In this document: piece by piece, positions 6,606-15,961 of the stretch
Numbering within the stretch: position 1 is the stretch's first letter
Layout of the letters: every line of letters starts with the position of its first letter
Program-made: the position numbers and the translations under genes
Notes under the pieces: model-generated
What the model was told of the DNA's origin: nothing
What the model saw: only the letters and a program-made list of their open reading frames with translations
The model's database searches: none
Origin: a virus
Length of the DNA: 64,000 nt
Direction: 5' to 3' (one strand)
IMG/VR virus record: IMGVR_UViG_3300020182_000025

Positions 6606-7406
6606 TTACTTTCCTTTACTACTCTCTATCCCATAAATGTATTGATGCTCTATAATCTTATTTATGTCTGGGTCGATGATTTTACCTAAAGGTATGTGAC
6701 CCAGTGCGAGTCTTTTGTCTCCTATAGGATAGGGCAGTTTATGTTCTATCTGCTTCAGCCAATTGTCGATGTAGAATTTTAATTGAGGTTCTTTACCTGC
6801 CCATCTGTCTTCGTCTAAATGAAACAGCAAATCTGGCCTTACAATGCTTGTAGGAAGAATGTGATGTTCAGGAACTTCTGTGTCGTTGTCTTGCACAATT
6901 TCTGTAATGTTTTTACCCACATGAGGATAATTCATGTACACAGTGTTTTCTCTTTTGCCAAGAGTAAACAGGTCGTAGTCTTCGTCTTGTAGAGGTTCTG
7001 CTTGAATGTTGCTACAGAATAGAAACTGTCTCTTACCACCATCCCGCATTCTCTCTAGGTGGTGCAAGTGATAATTAAACATCGCTAGCCAGTGTTTTGT
7101 TTCTGAATCCGTTTCTATGTGTACTAGATCAGGAAAGTTCTCATGTAACCGATTTAGATCAAAATCGTGCTTAAATGTCTCAGGTTTTAATCTTTTTAGA
7201 TGATTTATGGCGGTATTTAAATCGTTTTCGACATCTTTTTGACTCTCCCCAAATTCATAAAACTCTGTGCGTGATACAAAGTCTATATCGTCAGCATCTC
7301 GTATCATTTCCCATATACGATTTGCTACTCTGTTGTCAAAGAGTTCTATAGTAAGAGAATAATCTTTATTGTGTCCTAAGTGTACTACTATTTCTCTCTT
7401 GTCCAT
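6606..7406 (-). CDS. Hypothetical protein
   Basis: ORF track, 266 aa. Confidence 0.6.
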   Translation of the reverse strand: MDKREIVVHLGHNKDYSLTIELFDNRVANRIWEMIRDADDIDFVSRTEFYEFGESQKDVENDLNTAINHLKRLKPETFKHDFDLNRLHENFPDLVHIETDSETKHWLAMFNYHLHHLERMRDGGKRQFLFCSNIQAEPLQDEDYDLFTLGKRENTVYMNYPHVGKNITEIVQDNDTEVPEHHILPTSIVRPDLLFHLDEDRWAGKEPQLKFYIDNWLKQIEHKLPYPIGDKRLALGHIPLGKIIDPDINKIIEHQYIYGIESSKGK

Positions 7407-7939
7407 ATACTAAGTTCACCTATTTCAACATCTTGTGGCATTTCTAGTGTCCAGATAACCGCATCTGCTATAGCTTCTGTTGTAAGCATAACTTTATCTA
7501 AGTTTTTTGTTAGGTTGGTATCAACAAAGCCAGGATTTATTGTAATAAGTCTACACTTTTTGTTTGAATAGAATTGAAATCCTTTAATAATCTCGTCCAT
7601 TATTCTTTTGTCTAGTGTGTACTGCACCATGTTTGGTGTTAATTGCGACTGGCCTGTTGGGAAATACTTTGCTTTGCTTCCTATTGTTACAATCGTCTTT
7701 GTTGGATCTTCTGCCCATTCTGCAAACATTTTTTGTAACAAAGTTGTCTGTGCGGCAGGAGCATATGCATTGTTGATAAACACATCTGCTAGTTTTGCTT
7801 GTTCTACGATTATATCTGGATCATTTATATCGTCACCAGTTTCTATGTCAAAGCCCATTACAGTGTGGCCTTTTTCAGAAGCTGCATTCGTTATCGCTTC
7901 GCCAATTCCGTTTGCATGGCCTGTAATTGCTATTAACAT
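7388..7939 (-). CDS. Short-chain dehydrogenase/reductase
   Basis: ITGHANGIG, FINNA, Y-x3-K (YTLDK), INPGFVDT. Confidence 0.8.
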   Translation of the reverse strand: MLIAITGHANGIGEAITNAASEKGHTVMGFDIETGDDINDPDIIVEQAKLADVFINNAYAPAAQTTLLQKMFAEWAEDPTKTIVTIGSKAKYFPTGQSQLTPNMVQYTLDKRIMDEIIKGFQFYSNKKCRLITINPGFVDTNLTKNLDKVMLTTEAIADAVIWTLEMPQDVEIGELSIWTREK

Positions 7940-8550
7940 AAGTTGTCCAATCTTCTGTTGAGTTCTTCCCACGAAATATGAGGAAAGAATGTTGCTGATA
8001 ATGTCAAGCGTTCTTCTGTTGCTTTTGTCATATCAACTGAGTGAGGAATGTCTGTTCTAACAAACGCTGACTTCATATTTATATCTCTTGAGTATACTTT
8101 ATGCTGTGTATCTATCACCGAATATCCCGCAGGTGTGTTCTTTTCTTTTGAACGATTGTTATCAAGTTCAAGTTTAACATGAGTCAACACAGGTCCCACA
8201 CGCCACCAGTTCAGTGTGCTGTTATCACCGCTTGCATAATAAGCTAGTCGCCACGAGTAGGTTGTGTCTGGCTCGCCGTCAATGTGAGGTCGACACTGAG
8301 TACCTGCTTCTCCTGTGAATGCCGTGATTGATGCTACTTCCAAATCAAGTAGCTTGGCGAGACGTATCATGTTTTTAGTGAAATCAGTTCGGAGGATTCT
8401 TTTGTCCTTTATCGCATGATGCGTCAAAGGAGCATTTTTTGTATGCTCGACAGATTCACTGAAAACTTTAATATCTTTTTCAGTGAGAGGATATAAAAAA
8501 TTTTCTCGTATATAGTTATTCACTTTTTTTCCAGCAGCTCCATGCCACAT
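7933..8550 (-). CDS. Cupin/2OG-Fe(II)-like protein (likely GTG start at 8523)
   Basis: PHIDG...PHSV H-x-D...H triad, C-terminal RLTLS. Confidence 0.45.
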   Translation of the reverse strand: MWHGAAGKKVNNYIRENFLYPLTEKDIKVFSESVEHTKNAPLTHHAIKDKRILRTDFTKNMIRLAKLLDLEVASITAFTGEAGTQCRPHIDGEPDTTYSWRLAYYASGDNSTLNWWRVGPVLTHVKLELDNNRSKEKNTPAGYSVIDTQHKVYSRDINMKSAFVRTDIPHSVDMTKATEERLTLSATFFPHISWEELNRRLDNLC

Positions 8551-9100
8551 TTAAAAATTGCTGTGACCAATAAGATGCAGGTACAATATCGTTCTCGAAT
8601 GCTTCAAGGTCTGCTGCTACATTTTCACACCACTCCCATATCTGATCACGCATAAAAATACTGTGATATTCACGGTCAGGAGCATAGTCGTGTGTCATTA
8701 TGAAATCGTTTTCTTTCAAAAAAGGTGCATACAAGTTAAACTCTTTAATCTTGTCGCCGCCATCTACTAACAAGAGAGTCTTGCCGCCGTTAGCAATGCC
8801 TTCTACAATCTCATCATACCCCTCGCCATCCCATGCTGATTTGTTTCTGAAATCGAACGGAGGTTCCTTGCGTAGTTTGTTCTCAACGTCATATGTCCAG
8901 AATCTAAATCCATGTAGTTGAGACAGGTCATATATGTAGTGAGAGAAGCCGCCCTCGCTGGTTCCTATTTCTATTACTGTGTCAAAAGTTTGTGCTTGAA
9001 AGAAAGGAGGGAAGTAATCAAAAATATTGATGTTCTGTTGAGCAGGCCATCCATGGTAAATAAAACGGCCATGCCTGGAACAAGTGTATTCAAAACTCAC
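8516..9100 (-). CDS. Class I SAM methyltransferase (CmcI/Methyltransf_24-like)
   Basis: VIEIGTSEGGF, LLVDGG, IMTHDY. Confidence 0.7.
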   Translation of the reverse strand: MSFEYTCSRHGRFIYHGWPAQQNINIFDYFPPFFQAQTFDTVIEIGTSEGGFSHYIYDLSQLHGFRFWTYDVENKLRKEPPFDFRNKSAWDGEGYDEIVEGIANGGKTLLLVDGGDKIKEFNLYAPFLKENDFIMTHDYAPDREYHSIFMRDQIWEWCENVAADLEAFENDIVPASYWSQQFLNVAWSCWKKSE

Positions 9101-9101
9101 A

Positions 9102-9362
9102 TTATTCTCCTAGAATAATTTGAATATGCTCTTCTTCAATAGCAAGTAGATTGTTGCCAATGTCTTGCGCTTTAGTCCAATCTGCGACAATACGATTATC
9201 AATTTCAACATCTTTCACATCAGGACCAATGCCCATGACTATACCAATCGCTGAATCTAGTTTAGTAGAGTCTTGTAGAATGATGCCGCCTTCGGTGACA
9301 CTATCTCGCTTCTCAAATCCAAATACTACCACACCACGGGTAGGTCGCATCATTGTACTCAT
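9102..9362 (-). CDS. groES: GroES-like co-chaperonin
   Basis: RP...TEGGIIL...GIVMGIGPDV pattern. Confidence 0.75.
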   Translation of the reverse strand: MSTMMRPTRGVVVFGFEKRDSVTEGGIILQDSTKLDSAIGIVMGIGPDVKDVEIDNRIVADWTKAQDIGNNLLAIEEEHIQIILGE

Positions 9363-9364
9363 AT

Positions 9365-9571
9365 TTAGTCCTGTTTTAATATTTCAAATTGAGTTTCAGT
9401 TATCTTTATTTTCAATACACCTTTACTGTTGGCGTTTTCTTCTAAGTATGATAAGAAATGCATGACCCCATCTCTTTTACCAATGGAATGTGACATATAA
9501 CCACAACCAATCATTAGAAAAAGTGAAACAGCGTAATAAATTTCTTTATGATATATAGATACCATATCCAT
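9365..9571 (-). CDS. Small membrane protein
   Basis: ORF track; one hydrophobic segment. Confidence 0.55.
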   Translation of the reverse strand: MDMVSIYHKEIYYAVSLFLMIGCGYMSHSIGKRDGVMHFLSYLEENANSKGVLKIKITETQFEILKQD

Positions 9572-9681
9572 TATTTTTCTTCCTTCTTATTAGTTTCTTT
9601 ACATTTGCCGCAATTTGTGCCAATAAGATGATAGCGATCCTTGTCGCTTTCTTTGACAGCGTTGCATATACACAGGTACAT
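9571..9681 (-). CDS. Minimal Bfd-like [2Fe-2S] protein, 36 aa (MYLCICNAVKESDKDRYHLIGTNCGKCKETNKKEEK)
   Basis: Manual translation, below the ORF-track cutoff; C-x-C...C-G-K-C like Bfd; TAATG coupling at both ends. Confidence 0.7.
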   Translation of the reverse strand: MYLCICNAVKESDKDRYHLIGTNCGKCKETNKKEEK

Positions 9682-9971
9682 TATTCTTCCTTAATGAATA
9701 TTCCGTCTACCATCTTGCCTTTGCGATCTGCAATATCGCTGTATGCTTGTTGTAGGCATTCTGTGAGGCTCAATTTATTTCGTTCTGCGATATTGATCAG
9801 CACCACTACAATGTCACCGATATCGTCACTGACATCTTTGCCCTTACACACATTGTCAGAAAGTTCGCCTACTTCTTGAATGAGCTTGCACACCTGATCT
9901 TTGTCATTAGCGCCGTCAATCAGATTTCGATCATAATGCCACTGTTTGATCTTCTCAACAAGGGTGACCAT
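9681..9971 (-). CDS. mazG: MazG-like NTP pyrophosphohydrolase
   Basis: KLIQEVGEL...DDIGDIVVVLINIA. Confidence 0.85.
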   Translation of the reverse strand: MVTLVEKIKQWHYDRNLIDGANDKDQVCKLIQEVGELSDNVCKGKDVSDDIGDIVVVLINIAERNKLSLTECLQQAYSDIADRKGKMVDGIFIKEE

Positions 9972-9981
9972 ATATGTGGTT

Positions 9982-10098
9982 TCAATCGTTTGCCGCTGCA
10001 TTTGCTTTATCCTGTATTTGTTGTATCAATTTCACCAAATCTCTTAACTCTTCGGCGTCTCGTTCTGTGTCAATTTCTATCTGAATATTTATTAGCAT
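9982..10098 (-). CDS. Small hypothetical protein, 38 aa (MLINIQIEIDTERDAEE...)
   Basis: Manual translation; fills the gap between flanking genes, AGGA RBS. Confidence 0.5.
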   Translation of the reverse strand: MLINIQIEIDTERDAEELRDLVKLIQQIQDKANAAAND

Positions 10099-10105
10099 AT
10101 TATTC

Positions 10106-10711
10106 CTATGGCCAGACAGGCTTGCCTCGTAGTATTAACCCATAAAGTTCTTCCCAGTTCTTTACTTTTCTTGCTTTACCCTTGTACTTCATGTTATGAG
10201 CATGTTCCATTAAATATGTATCAAAGCCTAGACTTGCACCCATATCTGCATTTTCAATCTTATCTTCAATCCAGACCGCACTAGGATACTTCACTGATGC
10301 AAAGGCCAGCGCCTCGGCTTTGTCTGCGCCACACTCCAAACAGATAACTTCCTTGAATGTGTTTGGTCCAAATATCTTATTCAGGTTTCGTTCACGAAGG
10401 AGTTTAGCATAAGGATCTAAACTTAGGCTAGTAATCGCCACGAAACAATACTGCTTCTTTTCGTGGAGCTTCTTGATGTAGTACTGAGCATCACGCAACG
10501 GCGGCAAGAAACCAATCGCTGCTGATTCGTTGAAGGTCTTGATTAACCGCTTCACTGTGTCGGGTGCTATTTGATAAGCGATTGCCATTGAGTAGACATC
10601 TTTCGAGTCTATGTAATGTCCCTGCATCTCCATCCACTGATGAAATGCAAATTCCCAATCCAAGCAGACACCGTCAATGTCAGTTAGGATTATGTTTTCT
10701 TTAAACATCAT
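10106..10711 (-). CDS. HAD-family 5'-nucleotidase-like protein (T4 gp30.2-like)
   Basis: ILTDIDGVCLDW, WIEDK, HAHN. Confidence 0.75.
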   Translation of the reverse strand: MMFKENIILTDIDGVCLDWEFAFHQWMEMQGHYIDSKDVYSMAIAYQIAPDTVKRLIKTFNESAAIGFLPPLRDAQYYIKKLHEKKQYCFVAITSLSLDPYAKLLRERNLNKIFGPNTFKEVICLECGADKAEALAFASVKYPSAVWIEDKIENADMGASLGFDTYLMEHAHNMKYKGKARKVKNWEELYGLILRGKPVWP

Positions 10712-11274
10712 TTTCTTTTTTTCTCCTTCTTTATTTGAGCTTCACACACTTTGTTTAGAAACAATACTTCTGCGTTCCAGTCCATTTGTTTCATTGTTCT
10801 TGGACTCAGGTCTTTTGCTTGTTTAAGTGTGAAGCCCATTTCGTTTTTAATAAAATCTTTTGCTAATTCGTGTTGACCATTCCATGCCTCAATTTCCCAT
10901 GGCTGCTTTCTGTATGCCACATCAGTAAAGTCCTCGCCGTGCCACAGGTCTTTTCTATTAACAGTCTTTAGTTCACCAGTAACAAACTGTTTCATGTGAA
11001 TTGATTCGTGAGCTAGAAAACTGATATAATCATAAAGAGTGCCACGACTGTGAGATTCAATGAGAACCTCATTGCGGCCCATGTGTTCACACAAACCAGC
11101 AACATCGTCTTTGATAAGATTTTTTATCTGCAAGTCAATGCTGAGACTGCGCTTGCGAGGCATCAACACCTTGACGAAATATCGAAGGGCGCCTTCACCT
11201 AAGTCACGTTGCTTTGCTGTACCACCTTCAATACTAATTTTAATCATTCTAGTTCCTTTTCTCATTTTATACAT
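10708..11274 (-). CDS. HExxH zincin-like protein
   Basis: AHESIHMKQ...QPWEIEA. Confidence 0.6.
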   Translation of the reverse strand: MYKMRKGTRMIKISIEGGTAKQRDLGEGALRYFVKVLMPRKRSLSIDLQIKNLIKDDVAGLCEHMGRNEVLIESHSRGTLYDYISFLAHESIHMKQFVTGELKTVNRKDLWHGEDFTDVAYRKQPWEIEAWNGQHELAKDFIKNEMGFTLKQAKDLSPRTMKQMDWNAEVLFLNKVCEAQIKKEKKRK

Positions 11275-11276
11275 AT

Positions 11277-11305
11277 ATTATACTACAGGAAGCAGCAAAT
11301 GTCAA
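11277..11305 (-). promoter_or_regulatory. Early sigma70-type promoter
   Basis: TTGACA, 17 bp, TATAAT, followed by AAAATGAGAAAA leader. Confidence 0.8.
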
Positions 11306-11358
11306 ATTCGTAAGTCTTTGATTTAATTCAGGATTTAAAATTAGTTTTGTCAATGATA

Positions 11359-11505
11359 TCAGTCACTTACAGAGACGAGCTGTCTCTCTAGGTCGGCACA
11401 GTAGCGTTCGGTCGCTTCAATATCCCAGTCGCTACCAGTTGTGTAGTAGTTCTCCAGCTCATTTTCGGCTGAATTGAGCAGTTCCATCAGTGTTTCTTTG
11501 TTCAT
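11359..11505 (-). CDS. Small acidic early protein, 48 aa (MNKETLMELLNSAENE...)
   Basis: Manual translation; AAGGAG RBS; promoter TTGACA-17-CATAAT at 11564-11536. Confidence 0.65.
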   Translation of the reverse strand: MNKETLMELLNSAENELENYYTTGSDWDIEATERYCADLERQLVSVSD

Positions 11506-11566
11506 TTACTTGACTCCTTTATTAATTTATAGTACATTATGACATGTATTAAGGTAATTGTCAAGT

Positions 11567-11574
11567 TATAAATA
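11567..11574 (+). promoter_or_regulatory. T4-type late promoter TATAAATA
   Basis: Exact match 26 bp upstream of the plus-strand gene at 11601. Confidence 0.75.
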
Positions 11575-11600
11575 GTAAAATACTTTACCGGAGAGACACA

Positions 11601-12422
11601 ATGGGTGCCAATACCAAAGCATTCGATGACGAAAATAGAGCTTTCAAGTTGTTACAAGCACGACTGGGAAAAACTCACGCTGCATTTGCCAAGCCAATGG
11701 GAGCAGATGCTGGCTTTCCAGACTTTGGTTTCACGATAAACCTCGATAACAAAACTGCGATAGATGTCCATATAGAGTACAAAAATTCACATACCGCTCA
11801 AATGGGTAGTATGAGGGACTGGCGGTTTGATGGCAGCAAATTTTACACACCAGACAAAAAATCTGAAGCCAAGCAAGAACTTATATCTTTGATGAACGAC
11901 ACAGCCGAAGCTGGTCAGAATGGTAAAAGATTACTAAAAGATTTCAAAAAATATTTTCACCCTAAAATATCTGAAATATACAGTGGAATGTTGAGCATTG
12001 TTCCAGACAAGTTTGCCAGAAGACCATTGACAGAAAATTTTGCAAATAACACAAAAAATTATAGCATAGCAAACATATCTAGCAATACATTGGGCAATAA
12101 AATATTGACACACTATAAAAACAAGTTTACAAAAAATCTAAGAACTGGTGTGAGAAAAAATGTTCTAGCTATGATGATAGGTAAAGAAATGTGGATAGTA
12201 GACTCTAAAGGTGTGACTAAAGACGAGCTTAAAAAGATTGCTACAATTTTTGGATCAAGCAGAGAATTTAATAAGTTAAGCAATCTCACTGCTAAGTTAG
12301 AAGTTAGAATACAGCCAAGAGGTCTAAACTCTCCTGGATCTAATCCTAAGCCTACTACAATTGATGTCATGGCCAGTTATAGGCTGCAAGGAAAACCAAA
12401 TCAAGGCACAGTTATAATATAA
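11601..12422 (+). CDS. Putative PD-(D/E)xK nuclease-fold protein
   Basis: GADAGFPDF...DVHIEYKN motif. Confidence 0.5.
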   Translation: MGANTKAFDDENRAFKLLQARLGKTHAAFAKPMGADAGFPDFGFTINLDNKTAIDVHIEYKNSHTAQMGSMRDWRFDGSKFYTPDKKSEAKQELISLMNDTAEAGQNGKRLLKDFKKYFHPKISEIYSGMLSIVPDKFARRPLTENFANNTKNYSIANISSNTLGNKILTHYKNKFTKNLRTGVRKNVLAMMIGKEMWIVDSKGVTKDELKKIATIFGSSREFNKLSNLTAKLEVRIQPRGLNSPGSNPKPTTIDVMASYRLQGKPNQGTVII

Positions 12423-12940
12423 TGACTTCATTATTTTTTCTTTTCCAACACAAAAATACTCTGTATATCGTAGACGAGAAAAAGATACAGGATGTACCAA
12501 AGCCTCGTGAGCTGATTAGGAGATTATCTACCATTGAGCAGATTCGAGAGATAGCTGATTCTATGAATATGGAAATAGCTGGCGACTTTGCTCGTGCTAG
12601 AACTCGTAAGCACACAGAAGAAGGTCGTCAGCGTATCGCCGAAGCTAAAATGGGTGACAAACACCCTGCTGTACAGAATGGTAGATCACAAGACTTCCGT
12701 GACAAAGTATCTAAGACTATGACAGGTACTAGGCGTGGCGAAAACAATCCTATGCACGGTCACAAGCATCGAAACTCTACACGGCAGAAGATATCAGAGG
12801 CAAGACGCAAGCGTGGCAAATACAAATGGATATGTGGGCCTGAAGGAGCTACTACTATACCAGAGTATGAACCTATTCCTGAAGGCTGGGTCGCTGGTAA
12901 GATATATGATCCCTACAAGCCCACCGATTTAAACGACTGA
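12422..12940 (+). CDS. NUMOD3-repeat DNA-binding protein with no evident nuclease domain
   Basis: KHTEEGRQRIAEAKMG, ENNPMHGHKHRNSTRQKISE, C-terminal W..PEGW..GK. Confidence 0.65.
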   Translation: MTSLFFLFQHKNTLYIVDEKKIQDVPKPRELIRRLSTIEQIREIADSMNMEIAGDFARARTRKHTEEGRQRIAEAKMGDKHPAVQNGRSQDFRDKVSKTMTGTRRGENNPMHGHKHRNSTRQKISEARRKRGKYKWICGPEGATTIPEYEPIPEGWVAGKIYDPYKPTDLND

Positions 12941-13381
12941 ATATTCAAAATTATCCGTCTCAGCGTTATTCGCTATCCTAACAGCGCCGTTGCTAATGTG
13001 AAACTTTGTAGCCATCTCTGTCTTGGGTGACAGAGTAACAATTCTAGGCCAATAACTTTTAGCAATCTCTGCGTGTTCTTGTTGAACAAATCTTAGCAAA
13101 CACTCAATGATCTGCCTGCCTGCTCCCTTCTTGTAGGACCAAACAGTGTAAGGTGTCACTACCATTTCATTTCCATCCAAAATATCTAGGTCTGCCTCAG
13201 TTTCTGGCACAATACTAGTGTAAGCACAGCAAATTACAGCTAAGACTTCAGAGCCTTCAACTAATGCGAAAGCCTTTTTGCGTCCAGTAGTTCTGTATTC
13301 TGCTGAAAGGTGTGGACGAACAGGATCATCTTTGATATAAGGAGTGATTTGCTCAGTGTTGAGATGTACAAAGTTTCTCAT
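12929..13381 (-). CDS. GNAT-like phage protein
   Basis: DDPVRPHL, YTVWSYKKGAGRQII, VTLSPKTEMATKFH. Confidence 0.55.
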   Translation of the reverse strand: MRNFVHLNTEQITPYIKDDPVRPHLSAEYRTTGRKKAFALVEGSEVLAVICCAYTSIVPETEADLDILDGNEMVVTPYTVWSYKKGAGRQIIECLLRFVQQEHAEIAKSYWPRIVTLSPKTEMATKFHISNGAVRIANNAETDNFEYSVV

Positions 13382-13391
13382 TATAAAATTC

Positions 13392-13910
13392 CTAAGATTT
13401 TTTTGAAGCCGGCTTTGATTTCGGTGAAGCCTTCTTTCTTGATTTCTTTGGGACGGGTTTATTATACTCCTCTATACCTAGCAAGGGCAAGCACTTCTCT
13501 AGTTTAGGATATATCTTCAACAGTGTACCATCTTTCACTGCGGTTAGAATCTTAGACTCTACCACATGAATGCCTTCTAGTATATTTACCCATTGCTGTT
13601 CACGCTTCCAGTCTGGCAAGTTGTTCATGTTGCTATTAGGATCAATAAACTGCTTAACTCTACGCCATTCGAGTGTAAGTGTAGTCTCACCCATGCCTTC
13701 TGGTACATCAGCTTCAATCTTAGTAAGCTTTGGCAATCCTTCTGGCAATCCCCAATCGTGCTGTTCAGCACCCACACCCATACGAACGATAGGCACTACT
13801 GCTTGATTCTTAGCTGCCCATTCTTTGAGTCTACTTACTTGTTCTCGAGGTTCTTTGGCTTCAAAAACATATTTGAATCCGTCATCAATTTGTCTAAAGC
13901 TTCTAATCAT
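13392..13910 (-). CDS. Conserved T4-like hypothetical protein
   Basis: LPEG.P...REQQWVNILEGIH..E..IL..VKDG pattern, immediately downstream of RNase H. Confidence 0.65.
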   Translation of the reverse strand: MIRSFRQIDDGFKYVFEAKEPREQVSRLKEWAAKNQAVVPIVRMGVGAEQHDWGLPEGLPKLTKIEADVPEGMGETTLTLEWRRVKQFIDPNSNMNNLPDWKREQQWVNILEGIHVVESKILTAVKDGTLLKIYPKLEKCLPLLGIEEYNKPVPKKSRKKASPKSKPASKKS

Positions 13911-13912
13911 TT

Positions 13913-14809
13913 TTAAAAATCCTGTATTACTTCAATCATATTTTTCATGCGGTTCTTGATAAAGTAATTCATCAACTGTGATCTATCGCCGCCCTGCTGT
14001 CTTTCGTAACTATTTATGACTTCTATTTTGATGTCTTCGGGAGTCTTGCTCAAATCTACCAACATCTGGTTACGATTGTATCCGTGTGACATCTCAGAAG
14101 TAATCCATTGTTCAGGTGGTGTTACTTTCCATTCTTCTAGCAACTTCTTTCGAATAGACTTCTGTCGAGTGCCTTCTACAAAGCAGTTGTCAGGTGACAA
14201 CATGTTAGGAACACCGTCACCCTTGTCGCCTGTGATGATATGTTCCATCAGAACAGCCGATGCAGGCTCTTTGATCTTAATCCACTTCTTTTGTGCAGGA
14301 GCGTATTGCTTCACATTGCTCCACTTCTGAAGTTGATTGAAGTCATGATCTCCTGACAAAACAAGAAAAGGGATCTGGGATCCTTCATCGAACAATCCAT
14401 TAGCTTCTCCTGCTGTTTGTGAGTATTCAGCGAGTACACCAATCACATCGTCAGCTTCTGCGCCCTCAACATCAATCACAGGATAAGGAAAGAATTCATC
14501 TAGTTCTGCTCGTATAGTATGAAGAGCATCAAAGATAGCTGACCAGTCTAGGTCACTATCAGATCGAGTTTTCTTTCTGCCAGCCTTATACTGAGGAAAC
14601 ACATCTCGTCTCCAGTATCGTCGGTTATCACATGCAATAATTAATTCTTCGCCGAACTCTTGCGAGAATTTGTTTTTGTATGAACGGATTGTGTTAAGAA
14701 TCATATGACGAAGAAGTGGAAGATCGACATCTATATTAGAGCCGCCTCTGTGTCCCACTTCTCCCATAAAGGTAGCAATTGCTACCTGATTAAAGTCTAC
14801 TACCATCAT
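13913..14809 (-). CDS. rnh: T4-type RNase H / 5'-3' exonuclease
   Basis: VVDFNQ, YWRRDVFPQYKA.R, EADDVIG, SGDHDFNQL, GDKGDGVPNMLS. Confidence 0.9.
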   Translation of the reverse strand: MMVVDFNQVAIATFMGEVGHRGGSNIDVDLPLLRHMILNTIRSYKNKFSQEFGEELIIACDNRRYWRRDVFPQYKAGRKKTRSDSDLDWSAIFDALHTIRAELDEFFPYPVIDVEGAEADDVIGVLAEYSQTAGEANGLFDEGSQIPFLVLSGDHDFNQLQKWSNVKQYAPAQKKWIKIKEPASAVLMEHIITGDKGDGVPNMLSPDNCFVEGTRQKSIRKKLLEEWKVTPPEQWITSEMSHGYNRNQMLVDLSKTPEDIKIEVINSYERQQGGDRSQLMNYFIKNRMKNMIEVIQDF

Positions 14810-14810
14810 C

Positions 14811-15905
14811 TTATATAATCCTCACAATAACCATATCGGGCAGTAAGCGTTTTCGTGCTGCCAACTTCTTGCCTCTTACAGAGTCTACAAATTTGTGCAA
14901 ACCATTCTTTCTTGCTGCCATAAACTCTGGCATCTGTACTTCTGGCTTGCGTAGTGTCTTCTCAAAAGACTTTGCGTCTGAATAGTTATCTATACTCGTA
15001 CCTTTGACACCCAGTGTGCCTTCGTAGTCAGATGCATAGACACCTAGTTTCTTTCGCTTTACATCATACACCCAAACTTCTGATGCACCAATGATGTCAA
15101 CAGGATTCAAACTCTTGAGATTGAGTTCGGCAAACTCTGACAAATACTTTAGCTTGCGAACAAGTTTAGTTTTGTCAGTAGGTCGCTTGCGCTTGATACG
15201 AACAATCTTTTTTGACTGTTTTGTTTCAAGCAATCCTGTCTGTAGATCATTGAAGTAAGCAAGAATATTTCGCAGCGTTGACTTTTTGAGGTGTGAGTAA
15301 CCTTCGATAAGATCACTGTCACCATCTTCACTGCTTCTTGCTATGTCCAACTCTCTGAACTCTGTAGCGAGAACATCAAGCTCGGTGTATGCCTTAGACA
15401 GTTCGGCAGCATTCAACTTGGCATTGTCTATTAAGGTAGTGACATTCACATTACCGTTTCGAATAATAACATCCAGTGTGTCATCTGCCATGTTGATAAA
15501 GTCAACGAGGTTGCTGCGAATAGGAACGACAGGTGCTTTTGACGCCTCTTCTTTCTCTACAACAATTTCTTTTGCCTTCTGTATCAAATCATCTTTGATG
15601 CTGTTAAAATAAGCCACATGCGCTTCTGTCATGTAACCTAGCTTTGACCAAATATAACCATACTTGCCAAACATTACTAAGCGAGAGTCTGGCAGCTTAC
15701 TGATATATTGCATATCTTCGGCTGACCAGTTCTCTTTCATCCACTTCTTTAGAGGTGCTACACCAGATTTCTCTTGCACTTCATAGTGGACGAAATACTC
15801 ACAATCACTGAACGCTTTAACACGGTCAGCTTCGTCAGTATATTCTTTGAACTTCTTCCAATCTGGTACTGGAAGAACATATGTGCTGCGTTGTCGTTTT
15901 GCCAT
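14811..15905 (-). CDS. Conserved T4-like hypothetical protein
   Basis: 364-aa ORF with its own early promoter; C-terminal VWVYDVKRKKLG...KTLRKPE. Confidence 0.7.
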   Translation of the reverse strand: MAKRQRSTYVLPVPDWKKFKEYTDEADRVKAFSDCEYFVHYEVQEKSGVAPLKKWMKENWSAEDMQYISKLPDSRLVMFGKYGYIWSKLGYMTEAHVAYFNSIKDDLIQKAKEIVVEKEEASKAPVVPIRSNLVDFINMADDTLDVIIRNGNVNVTTLIDNAKLNAAELSKAYTELDVLATEFRELDIARSSEDGDSDLIEGYSHLKKSTLRNILAYFNDLQTGLLETKQSKKIVRIKRKRPTDKTKLVRKLKYLSEFAELNLKSLNPVDIIGASEVWVYDVKRKKLGVYASDYEGTLGVKGTSIDNYSDAKSFEKTLRKPEVQMPEFMAARKNGLHKFVDSVRGKKLAARKRLLPDMVIVRII

Positions 15906-15932
15906 GAAAGGACTCCTTTAATTGTTATAGTA

Positions 15933-15961
15933 ATTATAACACCAGGAAGTCGCTTTGTCAA
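15933..15961 (-). promoter_or_regulatory. Early sigma70-type promoter
   Basis: TTGACA, 17 bp, TATAAT. Confidence 0.75.
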
